From IMG/VR virus record IMGVR_UViG_3300025103_003763, positions 1-36,766 of that record: 36,766 nt of DNA; one strand, written 5' to 3'. This DNA comes from a virus (lineage: Duplodnaviria > Caudoviricetes). Shown here piece after piece: positions 9,650 to 18,130 of the stretch. The notes under the pieces were generated by a model. It was given only the letters and a program-made list of their open reading frames with translations, ran no database searches and was not told the origin of the DNA. How positions within the stretch are numbered: position 1 is the first letter of the stretch; every line of letters starts with the position of its first letter. Position numbers and translations under genes: made by a program.

Positions 9650-9901
9650 ATGCCATCATTTGACTACGTATACGATTTAATCGACAAGTTCAAAAAGGAA
9701 AATTTTAGTTTCGTAATGTCCTTTCTACAGAAGGGCAAAGAAGCTGATCAGGTTCATGTATTTTACGAGTACAACACTAAAGAGGAAGCTGTGGAGATAA
9801 TAGACGCTTTAAATTTGACTATAGATACGATTAGGCAAGAGATAGGGGAAGAAGGAGGAGAGACGGACTTTAATGATGAAGACGAAGGGTTTTTTAACTA
9901 A
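9650..9901 (+). CDS. Small acidic hypothetical protein
   Basis: 83 aa ORF tightly packed between dnaQ and dnaE; acidic C-terminus EEGGETDFNDEDEGFFN. Confidence 0.7.
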   Translation: MPSFDYVYDLIDKFKKENFSFVMSFLQKGKEADQVHVFYEYNTKEEAVEIIDALNLTIDTIRQEIGEEGGETDFNDEDEGFFN

Positions 9902-9903
9902 TT

Positions 9904-12450
9904 ATGAGTAAGTTTTTTACAGACGAATTTAAAGCTTTAGACTTACCCATACATGGAGTAAGGCTCCCTTCGTTTGACATTGACGTTAAATACAAACGCC
10001 AGAATAAGGTTAGTGAAGACGTAGATAATTTTACTTTTTTAAAATCTATATGTCTAAATGGATTAAAAGAGAAAAATGTTAATAAAAAAGAATATAAAGA
10101 GAGATTAGATTACGAGCTTAAAACTGTTTTAGATTTAGGTTTTACAGACTATATGCTTTTAGTATGGGATGTTATAAATTTCTGTAGAGAAAGTAATATC
10201 CCAGTTGGGCTTGGCCGAGGTTCTGCGGCAGGTAGTTTAATTCTGTTTTGTATTAATGTTACTCAAATTGACCCTATCAAATATGGATTGTTCTTTGAGA
10301 GATTTATATCTAAGACTAGAGCTAAGAAAAAAGTTGTTGACGGGGTAACCTATCTAGATGGTGCTTTAATGTGTGATGTTGATCTAGATATTTGCTATTA
10401 TAGACGTCCAGAAGTTTTAAGTTATCTTGAGGAAAAGTTTTTTGGAAGGACTTCTAAGATATTAACCTTAAATACTCTTAGCGGTAAGTTGTTAATAAAA
10501 GAGTCCGGAAAAATAGTTGGACAAAAAGAAGAGTCCGAGATGAACAGGATAACCAGCTTTATCCCAAAAGTTTTTGGTCAAGTCCAAGATATTGAAACTG
10601 CTTATGAAGAGGTAAAAGAGTTTAAAGAGTGGTGCGATGAAAATAGAAGCTCTTATAACATAGCATTAAAGCTTAAATCTTTAATAAAAAATAAAGGAAT
10701 ACATCCTTCTGGAATTTTACTTTCTTATGACTTGATGGATGGGACTTGCCCTACGGAGCTTTCTTCAGATAAGTCTACAGTTTCTTCCTTTGATATGAAC
10801 TGGGCTTCCATTTACAACCTTAAACTTGATGTTTTAGGTTTGAGGGGTGTAACCGTTTCTTTTAACACTTGCGAAAGCCTTGGCACAAAAATGTCAGATA
10901 TTGATTTAACAAGTGAAGAGATTTACAGACATTTTCAAGACCTTAGACACCCTCATGGATTATTTCAAATTGAAGCTGACCTAGCCTTTCGGGTTTGCAA
11001 TAAGGTTAAACCGAAAAATCTAGAGCAATTAAGTGCGGTACTTGCTTTAGCCCGTCCGGGAGCTATGAAGTTTGTTGATCAGTACGCGAGTTACGTTAAC
11101 GAAGACGTTTACGAGCCAATTCACCCTTTCTTTGATGAAATTTTATCATCAACTGGGGGGGTTTGCTTATACCAAGAGCAAATGATGCAGATGGCTAATA
11201 AAGTTGGCTTTACGTTAGATGAAGCGGAGATTCTTCGCCGTATAGTTGGTAAGAAAAAAGTTTCCGAAGTAAGAAAATGGAAAAAGAAGATTAAAGAAAA
11301 AGTTAAAGAAAGCAATTTAGATAAAGAGATAGGAGATATCCTTTGGAAAGTATTGGAAGACTCTGCAAATTACTCCTTCAATAAGGCTCACTCTGTTGCT
11401 TACGCAGCTTTAGCAGCCATAACGGTTTACTTAAAGTTTAATCACCCTAAGAGCTTTTTTCTTTCCTTACTTAAAATGACTAGAAATGAGCCTGACCCTA
11501 TTAACGAAATATCAACAATACAAAAAGAGCTACCTTATTTTGGGATAAATTTATTGCCACCTCATATTTTGAAGTCAGAAATGGATTTTACTATTGAGGG
11601 GGATGATATTAGATTTGGGCTTTTGTCAATTAAAGGCGTTTCAGAAAAGTCTATAGAAAAAATTAATAATTTTAAAAATGAATACTCTAATAAGTTTCAA
11701 ATTTTTCAAGCAGCGGAGGAAGCTAAAGTTAATTTAGGAGTTCTCTGCGCTCTGCTTCAAGCTGGAGCTTTAGATGGATCATACAAACAGTCTCGCAGCA
11801 AAATTGTTTACGAGGCACAACTTTGGAACCTCCTTACAGCTAGAGAAAAAAAATATGTTTATCAGTTTGCTGAAGAGTATGATTATGATTTAGTTAAAGT
11901 TATCAAAAAGCTTATAGAATTTGAAGATGAGAAAGGAAAGCTTGTCATCAAAGAGAGCAGATTAAAAACTATAAAGAAGAAGGCTGATCTTTATAAAGAA
12001 ATTTTTATTTTAAATAGTAAATCTGAGGAATTTGCTAATTGGTACTATGAAAGGTATTTACTTGGGTATAGTTATAGCTCCACTCTAAAAAATGTCTTTT
12101 CTAAAAAGAGACAATCCTTAGTAAACATTTCCAGAATGTTTGAAGTAGACTCTGACATGTCTGTTGTTTGCGCTTGTGTGGTTGAGAAAGCCATAAGTAG
12201 AGTTTCAAAAAATAATAATAAATATCTTAAATTAATAGTCTCAGATGAGACAGCCAAGATAGACGTAATGTTGTTTAGTAAAAAAATTGAACAGTGCATT
12301 GACATGAATACAAGAATCCCCAAAGAAGAAGACATCATTATTGTTAAGGGATTGAAGAAGAATGGGGATATACCCGTTATTTGGGGGGACGTCATAGGAA
12401 TTCAGAGTCGTAAGGTTTATACAAAATTATCTCAACTAAAAAACAAATAA
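9904..12450 (+). CDS. dnaE: DNA polymerase III alpha subunit (DnaE-type family C) lacking the N-terminal PHP domain
   Basis: ERLDYEL...GFTDYML, GRGSAAGSL, IDPIKYGLFFERF, catalytic CDVDLD and KLDVLGL, GLFQIE, YQEQMMQ, YSFNKAHSVAYA, HhH FGLLSIKGV, C-terminal OB fold. Confidence 0.95.
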   Translation: MSKFFTDEFKALDLPIHGVRLPSFDIDVKYKRQNKVSEDVDNFTFLKSICLNGLKEKNVNKKEYKERLDYELKTVLDLGFTDYMLLVWDVINFCRESNIPVGLGRGSAAGSLILFCINVTQIDPIKYGLFFERFISKTRAKKKVVDGVTYLDGALMCDVDLDICYYRRPEVLSYLEEKFFGRTSKILTLNTLSGKLLIKESGKIVGQKEESEMNRITSFIPKVFGQVQDIETAYEEVKEFKEWCDENRSSYNIALKLKSLIKNKGIHPSGILLSYDLMDGTCPTELSSDKSTVSSFDMNWASIYNLKLDVLGLRGVTVSFNTCESLGTKMSDIDLTSEEIYRHFQDLRHPHGLFQIEADLAFRVCNKVKPKNLEQLSAVLALARPGAMKFVDQYASYVNEDVYEPIHPFFDEILSSTGGVCLYQEQMMQMANKVGFTLDEAEILRRIVGKKKVSEVRKWKKKIKEKVKESNLDKEIGDILWKVLEDSANYSFNKAHSVAYAALAAITVYLKFNHPKSFFLSLLKMTRNEPDPINEISTIQKELPYFGINLLPPHILKSEMDFTIEGDDIRFGLLSIKGVSEKSIEKINNFKNEYSNKFQIFQAAEEAKVNLGVLCALLQAGALDGSYKQSRSKIVYEAQLWNLLTAREKKYVYQFAEEYDYDLVKVIKKLIEFEDEKGKLVIKESRLKTIKKKADLYKEIFILNSKSEEFANWYYERYLLGYSYSSTLKNVFSKKRQSLVNISRMFEVDSDMSVVCACVVEKAISRVSKNNNKYLKLIVSDETAKIDVMLFSKKIEQCIDMNTRIPKEEDIIIVKGLKKNGDIPVIWGDVIGIQSRKVYTKLSQLKNK

Positions 12451-12453
12451 TCC

Positions 12454-12482
12454 TTGACGCACTTTTTTATTCAAATCATAAT
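12454..12482 (+). promoter_or_regulatory. sigma70-like promoter, near-leaderless
   Basis: TTGACG (12454-12459), 17-nt spacer, CATAAT (12477-12482); ATG at 12491. Confidence 0.65.
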
Positions 12483-12490
12483 ACACCCCT

Positions 12491-13105
12491 ATGATATCTT
12501 TCTATAAGCCAACTAAGAAAGGAACAGGGTCAGCTTGTTCGTTTTATTTAAGCCAAGATGGTGCAGTAATGGCCTCTTTATTGAGGCAGGACGGCTGGAA
12601 TAATAGCACAAATAGAGCCTCTTTTTCTAAAAATAGAGGTAGCACTCAAAATAATATCGTAATCAAGTTAACGCCAATAGAGGTTAGTTCTATCATACAT
12701 TCCATTAACACCTCTGAAGATTGGAAGGGCTTTCATAAAACTGCTGAAAAGTCTACATCTATTAAGTTTGGTCTTTATCGTGATCGTGAGACTGGCAGCC
12801 CCAAAGGAGGATTTACTTTTGGAGTACTTTGTACTTTCCATAAAAATAACGACCAAAAAGCTAGTATATTAATTGGATTATCTGAATCTGAGGTTATATA
12901 CTTAAAGACCTTTCTTGTTTATTGCTTGAATAAACAGTTTGCGTTAAACGCTTTTAAACCAAAAGAAGAAAAGTCGCCAAACAAAAAACCCGCCCCAACT
13001 AAACAGAAAGCAGCTAAAGATGACTTTGAAGATGATTGGGGTAGCTTTGACGAAAAAGATTCTAAGTCGGAACTAACAAAAGAAGAAACGGATGAAATGT
13101 GGTAA
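12491..13105 (+). CDS. Probable single-stranded DNA-binding protein, Whirly-like fold, with acidic C-terminal tail
   Basis: Pattern SFYK...KLTPIEVSSII...FH...GFTFGV...IGLSESEVIYLKTFL resembles the duplicated beta-beta-beta-beta-alpha Whirly domain; Lys/Pro linker, then acidic tail ending EETDEMW; sits directly after dnaE. Confidence 0.55.
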   Translation: MISFYKPTKKGTGSACSFYLSQDGAVMASLLRQDGWNNSTNRASFSKNRGSTQNNIVIKLTPIEVSSIIHSINTSEDWKGFHKTAEKSTSIKFGLYRDRETGSPKGGFTFGVLCTFHKNNDQKASILIGLSESEVIYLKTFLVYCLNKQFALNAFKPKEEKSPNKKPAPTKQKAAKDDFEDDWGSFDEKDSKSELTKEETDEMW

Positions 13106-15042
13106 TGCGTAAAAAAAAAGTTCTTTTTCATAGCGATTATACCCAGTTAAAAACTGGCTTTGGTAAAAACGCAAAGCTAGTTTTATCACACTTATATAAA
13201 ACTGGAAAGTATGATTTAGTTCAATTAGGTTGCGGTACTAATAAAGAGCACCCAAGTTTCAAAAATTTACCTTGGAAAACTATCGGTACTTTACCGATGT
13301 CCCAAAAGGAGATAGACGAAGCTCAAAAAGATGCAAAGCTTTTTGCGAGAATGAATTATGGAGCTTTTTGTATTGACGAAATAATCAAGCAGGAAAAGCC
13401 TGATGTTTATATTGGGGTTCAGGACATATGGGGTCTCGAATATTGTGTTGATAGAGATTGGTTCAATAAAATAACTTCAGTAGTTTGGACAACCCTAGAC
13501 TCAAGGCCGATTTTACCTATCGCTGTCAGTAAAGCTCCTAAAATAAAAAATTATTGGGTGTGGGCTGATTTTGCTACGAAAGATTTACATAAGCTCGGCT
13601 TTAATCATGTTGAAACGGTTAGGGGCTGTTTAAATGAGAAGGACTTTTTTAGGTACGACGATAAGTATAGGTCACTTTTAAGAAAGATATTTAAAATAGA
13701 ACAGGATGCTTTTGTCATTGGTTTCGTTTTTAGAAATCAGTTAAGAAAATCTGTTCCGAATTTGTTAAAAGGGTACGTTAAGTTTAAAAAGCAGCTTCCG
13801 AAAGATAAGAAAACTTATTTATTACTTCATACTAATTTTGATGAAGGTTGGAACATTATGAAACTTGCCGAAGAAAACGGCATAGATAAAAAGGAAATTC
13901 TTACGACTTATAACTGCTCTGCTTGTGGAGCTTTTTTAGCGAACGCTTTTGCTGGAGAGCAGCAGAAGTGCCCATTTTGCCAAACTGAAAAAACCCTTAA
14001 TACTACAAGTGTTGGGGGTGGAGTAACTGAATACCAGTTAAACGAAATCTATAATTTAATGGATGTTTACTGTCATCCCTTTACTTCTGGAGGTCAAGAA
14101 ATCCCGATTCAAGAAGCTAAATTAACCGAATTGATAACTTTAGTTACAAATTATAGTTGTGGAGAAGACTCTTGCGCTGAAGAAGCTCATTCACTTCCGT
14201 TAACTTGGCATGAATATAGAGAAGCGGGAACTGAGTTTATTAAAGCGTCTACAGATTCAGACTCTATATCCCAGCAACTTTTAAAGGTATACTTTTTAAC
14301 TGAAGAGGAGAGGACTGAGATAGGAAAGAAGGGTAGACAGTGGGTAATTGATAATTTTTCTGTAGAAAAAATAGGACAAAGAGTTGAAAAGTTAATAGAC
14401 TCTGCTCCTTTTTTCGAGGGAGAGCTTGAGATAAAGCAAAAGCAAAACCCCGACGCTGAAGTTGACATAAGCCTTCCAGAAAACGAATGGCTTACATCCC
14501 TTTACAGGGATATTCTCGCAATGAATGTTGACGAGAACGATGACGGATTTAAGTATTGGAAAGAGCAGTTAGCTCAAGACCAAAGTGATGAAAATGGGCC
14601 TATATTAAACGAGCAAAAAAGAAAAAATATAGACAAGTATTTTCGTAAAGTCGCTCTAGGAGAATTAGAAAAAGCCAGTTCTTTAAAAGATTATGTAGAT
14701 GAAGATGATGAGCGTAAAAAAATCTTATACGTAATACCAGAAAGCGCAGGGGATGTTTATATGGCCACGAGCTTGTTTAAAAATTTAAAAAAGACTTATC
14801 CAGATTACGACTTATACGTTTCCTGCAAACCTGAATACAGGAGTATACTAGATGGTAACCCTTATATTCATAAACATATTCCTTACTTTAAAGAGTGCGA
14901 AGATCACTTTTTAATGGAGGGTCAAGGCAACCATAAGGGCTTTTTTGATATACTTTTTTTATCGCATATGACGGCTCAAAGACACGCTAATTATACTCAT
15001 AATGGTGAAGATAAAATTATGTTTGATTTAAAATCATTTTAG
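13105..15042 (+). CDS. Multidomain glycosyltransferase (GT-B/GT4-like with inserted Zn ribbon, plus GT9-like C-terminal domain)
   Basis: KTGFGK N-terminal motif, RNQLRK, YNLMDVYCHP...GGQEIPIQEA (GT4 Ex7E-like), CSAC...CPFC, C-terminal GDVYMATSLFKNLKKTYPD...ILDGNPYI; ATG 13105 is TAATG-coupled (track start 13099). Confidence 0.8.
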   Translation: MRKKKVLFHSDYTQLKTGFGKNAKLVLSHLYKTGKYDLVQLGCGTNKEHPSFKNLPWKTIGTLPMSQKEIDEAQKDAKLFARMNYGAFCIDEIIKQEKPDVYIGVQDIWGLEYCVDRDWFNKITSVVWTTLDSRPILPIAVSKAPKIKNYWVWADFATKDLHKLGFNHVETVRGCLNEKDFFRYDDKYRSLLRKIFKIEQDAFVIGFVFRNQLRKSVPNLLKGYVKFKKQLPKDKKTYLLLHTNFDEGWNIMKLAEENGIDKKEILTTYNCSACGAFLANAFAGEQQKCPFCQTEKTLNTTSVGGGVTEYQLNEIYNLMDVYCHPFTSGGQEIPIQEAKLTELITLVTNYSCGEDSCAEEAHSLPLTWHEYREAGTEFIKASTDSDSISQQLLKVYFLTEEERTEIGKKGRQWVIDNFSVEKIGQRVEKLIDSAPFFEGELEIKQKQNPDAEVDISLPENEWLTSLYRDILAMNVDENDDGFKYWKEQLAQDQSDENGPILNEQKRKNIDKYFRKVALGELEKASSLKDYVDEDDERKKILYVIPESAGDVYMATSLFKNLKKTYPDYDLYVSCKPEYRSILDGNPYIHKHIPYFKECEDHFLMEGQGNHKGFFDILFLSHMTAQRHANYTHNGEDKIMFDLKSF

Positions 15043-15059
15043 TGTGATTATGTAATGAA

Positions 15060-15338
15060 ATGCTTGAGGTACAATTTAATAATTTTACAGAATTATACAA
15101 TTTTATCACAGAGAAAGGTGTCGAGGAAACGCCCGTAATTTCTTCTTTTAAGAATAAGGTAGAAACTATTAATAAAGGCTGTGGTTGTGGTAAAAAAGCT
15201 AGAACCAAGAAAGCAGAAGAGTTTTACCTTAGCTTGTCCATGTCTATGGACTTAGTAACTCAAGATTCTATTAAGGAAAAGGCTGAGTCTGATATAGTAA
15301 AATTGTATCATAACGGAGCTTTATTTTTCCAATTCTAG
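15060..15338 (+). CDS. Hypothetical protein with GCGCG motif
   Basis: 92 aa ORF containing INKGCGCGKK. Confidence 0.65.
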   Translation: MLEVQFNNFTELYNFITEKGVEETPVISSFKNKVETINKGCGCGKKARTKKAEEFYLSLSMSMDLVTQDSIKEKAESDIVKLYHNGALFFQF

Positions 15339-15361
15339 TTTTTTTTAAAAAATATTTTAGA

Positions 15362-15390
15362 TTGATTAATTTACTTTTTTATAGTAATTT
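15362..15390 (+). promoter_or_regulatory. Possible sigma70-like promoter
   Basis: TTGATT (15362-15367), 17 nt, TAATTT (15385-15390), ATG at 15400; the very AT-rich background lowers confidence. Confidence 0.4.
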
Positions 15391-15399
15391 AATTTTGAC

Positions 15400-16365
15400 A
15401 TGAAAATTCTGCCCTTTTTAATCTTAGGTTTTTCGATTCCCTTTAACGGAAACTCAGCCGAAAAAAAGAACACAACCGCAGAACATTTACAAAATGTTTC
15501 TGTTACAATTAGATCGGAAGGTCAATTCTCTAACGGAGAAGGTTCTGGGGTTATTTTTACTCGAAAAGATAAAGACGGAAACCAAGTAAACTTAGTTTGG
15601 ACTGCTGCCCACGTTATAGATAACTTAAGGTCCACTAGAGAAGTTTTAGTTAACGGCTCAAAGAAAACTTTAGTAGAGTTTAAAGACCCGATGGTAATAA
15701 AAGAGATTAGACAAAACGGGAGAACTGTTGGTCGTTTGCAGATGGATGCTGAAGTTTTAAAATATTCTGACGCAGATGATGGGCACGATTTAGCTTTGTT
15801 AAGAGTGCGTAAGCTTAACTTTGTTACAGACACGGTAACCTTTTATTTAAGTAAAGAAATACCGGAGCTTGGAACAGACCTTCTTCATGTCGGCTCCTTG
15901 TTAGGTCAAATGGGAGCAAACAGCATGACGGATGGAATCTACTCTCAACATGGCAGATTAATTAAAAGTTTAAACAAATATGTGTTCGATCAGACAACCG
16001 TGACGGCTTTTCCCGGAAGCAGTGGGGGTGGAGTATATCTAAAGAAAGACGCTAAATACGTAGGAATGCTCGTAAGAGGGGCAGGAGAAGGGTTTAATCT
16101 TATTGTTCCTGTGCGTAGGATGGTCGATTATTGCGAGAAGCATAAAATTATGTGGGCCTTAGACAAAAGCGTTGCTATGCCAACAGAAGACGAATTAAAA
16201 AAGATGCCTGTTGAGCATGAACCTAAAGAAAAGGAAGAGGACACTGCCGACGAAGCTGAAGCTAAAAAGATGTTTCCATTTAGACTCAGGATTACTCGCA
16301 GTCCGGGGCATAAATGTGGACCTGAATGTTTACACCCTCAGATAATTTTTACTAGAGAGAAATAA
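15400..16365 (+). CDS. Exported trypsin-like (S1) serine protease
   Basis: N-terminal signal-like MKILPFLILGFSIPF; catalytic triad motifs WTAAHV, HDLALL, FPGSSGGG. Confidence 0.88.
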   Translation: MKILPFLILGFSIPFNGNSAEKKNTTAEHLQNVSVTIRSEGQFSNGEGSGVIFTRKDKDGNQVNLVWTAAHVIDNLRSTREVLVNGSKKTLVEFKDPMVIKEIRQNGRTVGRLQMDAEVLKYSDADDGHDLALLRVRKLNFVTDTVTFYLSKEIPELGTDLLHVGSLLGQMGANSMTDGIYSQHGRLIKSLNKYVFDQTTVTAFPGSSGGGVYLKKDAKYVGMLVRGAGEGFNLIVPVRRMVDYCEKHKIMWALDKSVAMPTEDELKKMPVEHEPKEKEEDTADEAEAKKMFPFRLRITRSPGHKCGPECLHPQIIFTREK

Positions 16366-16386
16366 AATCATCATTTATAAACTATA

Positions 16387-16424
16387 GGCTCCTTGTTTAT
16401 TTTATAATCAGGGGGCTTTTTTTT
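16387..16424 (+). terminator. Intrinsic terminator
   Basis: Imperfect stem GCTCCTTG.../...CAGGGGGC followed by T8, just after the protease stop. Confidence 0.6.
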
Positions 16425-16463
16425 AAAAAGTAAATATTAAATTTTAGATTTTTCTTTAATTTC

Positions 16464-16472
16464 GTGTATTAT
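16464..16472 (+). promoter_or_regulatory. GTGTA(A/T) motif, candidate phage promoter
   Basis: GTGTATTAT starts 16 nt before ATG 16480; the same motif recurs at four other gene starts. Confidence 0.5.
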
Positions 16473-16479
16473 ATTAAGA

Positions 16480-16998
16480 ATGGAAATTGATTATTCAGAT
16501 TGGATAAAGCAACAAGAGGTTGAAGCTAATGATCCCCAACAAGATCAGCAAGATTCAATTGATATTTCCAATAAAATTGTTTCGGCTCTTGACGCAAAGC
16601 TAAGTGAACATAACGATAGCAATCCAGAAAGAGGATTAACCTTAAGTCAGTTAAAAAACGTTTATAGAAACGGGGCTAGGGTTATTTGTGAAGATTGCCA
16701 TCCCGGTAAGACCAATAATCAATGGGGATTAGCTAGAGTAAACATGTTTATTTTTGCCGAAAAACCCATTGAGAAAATTGAAAAAGAAGAAGAGCTAAAA
16801 GAAGCCGTTTTAGAAAAAGAGTGCTTTGCCGATTTCAAAGATTTAGACATATCGTTAGATTGGATTCCTTCAGATGAGATGTTTGAATTGGCAGACGAAG
16901 ATGTGCAAAAATACGATTTAAACTTTTCTTATGATACCGTTGACGATCTTTACTTGGATAATCCTCTTTCTTCTAGTTCTTATTTTGATTTAGATTAA
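16480..16998 (+). CDS. Acidic phage protein with LKxVYRxG...QWxLARVNxF motif (head-morphogenesis-associated type)
   Basis: LKNVYRNGA...HPGKTNNQWGLARVNMF, recognised by eye as a motif recurring in phage/virus hypothetical proteins. Confidence 0.6.
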   Translation: MEIDYSDWIKQQEVEANDPQQDQQDSIDISNKIVSALDAKLSEHNDSNPERGLTLSQLKNVYRNGARVICEDCHPGKTNNQWGLARVNMFIFAEKPIEKIEKEEELKEAVLEKECFADFKDLDISLDWIPSDEMFELADEDVQKYDLNFSYDTVDDLYLDNPLSSSSYFDLD

Positions 16999-17016
16999 TT
17001 TTTTAAGCATTTTATT

Positions 17017-17214
17017 ATGCCTTTACCTAAACCTTCAGATGAAAAAGAGAGCGAATTTGTATCTAGATGCATGTCAGATAATAAAATGTCTAAAGAATTT
17101 CCCAACAACAAACAAAGGGTAGCTGTTTGCCACTCTATGTATAGAAAAGCAAAGAAGTCTAAAGGGTCAGTTGATTGGGGTGACGTGTCAGACGATCCTT
17201 TTATTATATATTAA
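17017..17214 (+). CDS. Small phage protein (MPLPKP...FVSRCM...EFP...QRxAVC family)
   Basis: 65 aa; the motif is a widespread small phage domain of unknown function. Confidence 0.7.
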   Translation: MPLPKPSDEKESEFVSRCMSDNKMSKEFPNNKQRVAVCHSMYRKAKKSKGSVDWGDVSDDPFIIY

Positions 17215-17216
17215 TT

Positions 17217-17525
17217 ATGAAAACAAACAAAAAAACAACAAATAGGAGAAGAAAGAAACCGGCCAAAAAAGAAGGTTGGCTTTCTAATATTATCTCTAAA
17301 GTAAAAAATGGAAACGTAATGAAAAAGGCCAAAAGCCTTTTGTCTTCTGTAAAAAGTTGGCTTGATTCCGTGATTGATTGGGTTGACTATAACGAATGGA
17401 AAATTCACTCGGTACTAATTTTAGGTTTTGGTTTATTATTAATATGCCCAATTATTGAACCTTGGAAATTGGTTGGAATTTTAGCTATATTATTAGGGGT
17501 TATGCGCTTATTAATGAGGCGTTAA
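17217..17525 (+). CDS. Small membrane protein, basic N-terminus plus two TM helices (holin-like topology possible)
   Basis: IHSVLILGFGLLLICPII and WKLVGILAILLGVMRLLM hydrophobic segments. Confidence 0.65.
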   Translation: MKTNKKTTNRRRKKPAKKEGWLSNIISKVKNGNVMKKAKSLLSSVKSWLDSVIDWVDYNEWKIHSVLILGFGLLLICPIIEPWKLVGILAILLGVMRLLMRR

Positions 17526-17530
17526 ATTTC

Positions 17531-18061
17531 TTATTTTTTAAGCCCCGCGTTGCGGGGCTTTTTTATTTTATAGATAGCTACGATTTTAGTACCCTCTGGA
17601 AAGTAATTTTTTATGTTTTTATCAGTTGGATAAGACATCCAATGCCATTGACGTTCCAGTAAGCTTCCACTAACTAAAACAACAGCTACGTCTTCTTTAT
17701 TTAATTCTGACAAGCTATTTAAATTTTTAATTTCATATCCATATTTTTTTATTATATTTTTTACTTCTTGAGGCCAAGTAATTAATACGGCTTCGTAATG
17801 TATTATGGATAAAGTATGTCTTTTTAAATTTCCTGTTGATTGTATTTGTATGCTAACGTCTTTACTAGTTACGTTATGCCCAAGGCTTTTTAACGCTTTT
17901 GATAGAGCTTTAGGGCCGCATGATGTATAATGCATTATATAATTTCTGTCTTTATCTCTTTGAGCATAATCTGGATGAAAGCCTATACATCCTTGAGATA
18001 AAAATATAGCAATTAAAGTAAAAATAAATATTACATAATATTTTTTTAATTTTCCCATCAT
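17531..18061 (-). CDS. Lipoprotein, papain-like cysteine peptidase (C39-like)
   Basis: Signal peptide with lipobox-like LSQGC; catalytic SCGPKAL and WHWM. Confidence 0.7.
   Translation of the reverse strand: MMGKLKKYYVIFIFTLIAIFLSQGCIGFHPDYAQRDKDRNYIMHYTSCGPKALSKALKSLGHNVTSKDVSIQIQSTGNLKRHTLSIIHYEAVLITWPQEVKNIIKKYGYEIKNLNSLSELNKEDVAVVLVSGSLLERQWHWMSYPTDKNIKNYFPEGTKIVAIYKIKKPRNAGLKK
17540..17565 (+). terminator. Intrinsic terminator between convergent genes
   Basis: Perfect stem AAGCCCCGC-gtt-GCGGGGCTT followed by a T run; lies inside the 3' end of the minus-strand ORF. Confidence 0.8.
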
Positions 18062-18064
18062 TAT

Positions 18065-18074
18065 ATATTACACT
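18065..18074 (-). promoter_or_regulatory. GTGTA(A/T) motif, candidate phage promoter
   Basis: Minus strand reads AAGTGTAATATATAATGATG into the peptidase start. Confidence 0.5.
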
Positions 18075-18093
18075 TTTCCCAAAACAAAAGAGC

Positions 18094-18122
18094 TTGACTT
18101 TGAAAAATATAAACAGTATTCT
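18094..18122 (+). promoter_or_regulatory. sigma70-like promoter, near-leaderless
   Basis: TTGACT (18094-18099), 17 nt, TATTCT (18117-18122); ATG at 18131. Confidence 0.65.
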
Positions 18123-18130
18123 TTGCGCGT

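Noticed and set aside
7897-12450. Split-intein (trans-splicing) DnaE or pseudogenised polymerase
   Set aside because: No intein block motifs at either end. Both parts are clean ORFs with intact catalytic aspartates in the core, and the intervening genes are intact.
17217-17525. Definite holin call
   Set aside because: Only the topology is compatible and there is no adjacent recognisable endolysin, so it is left as a membrane protein.
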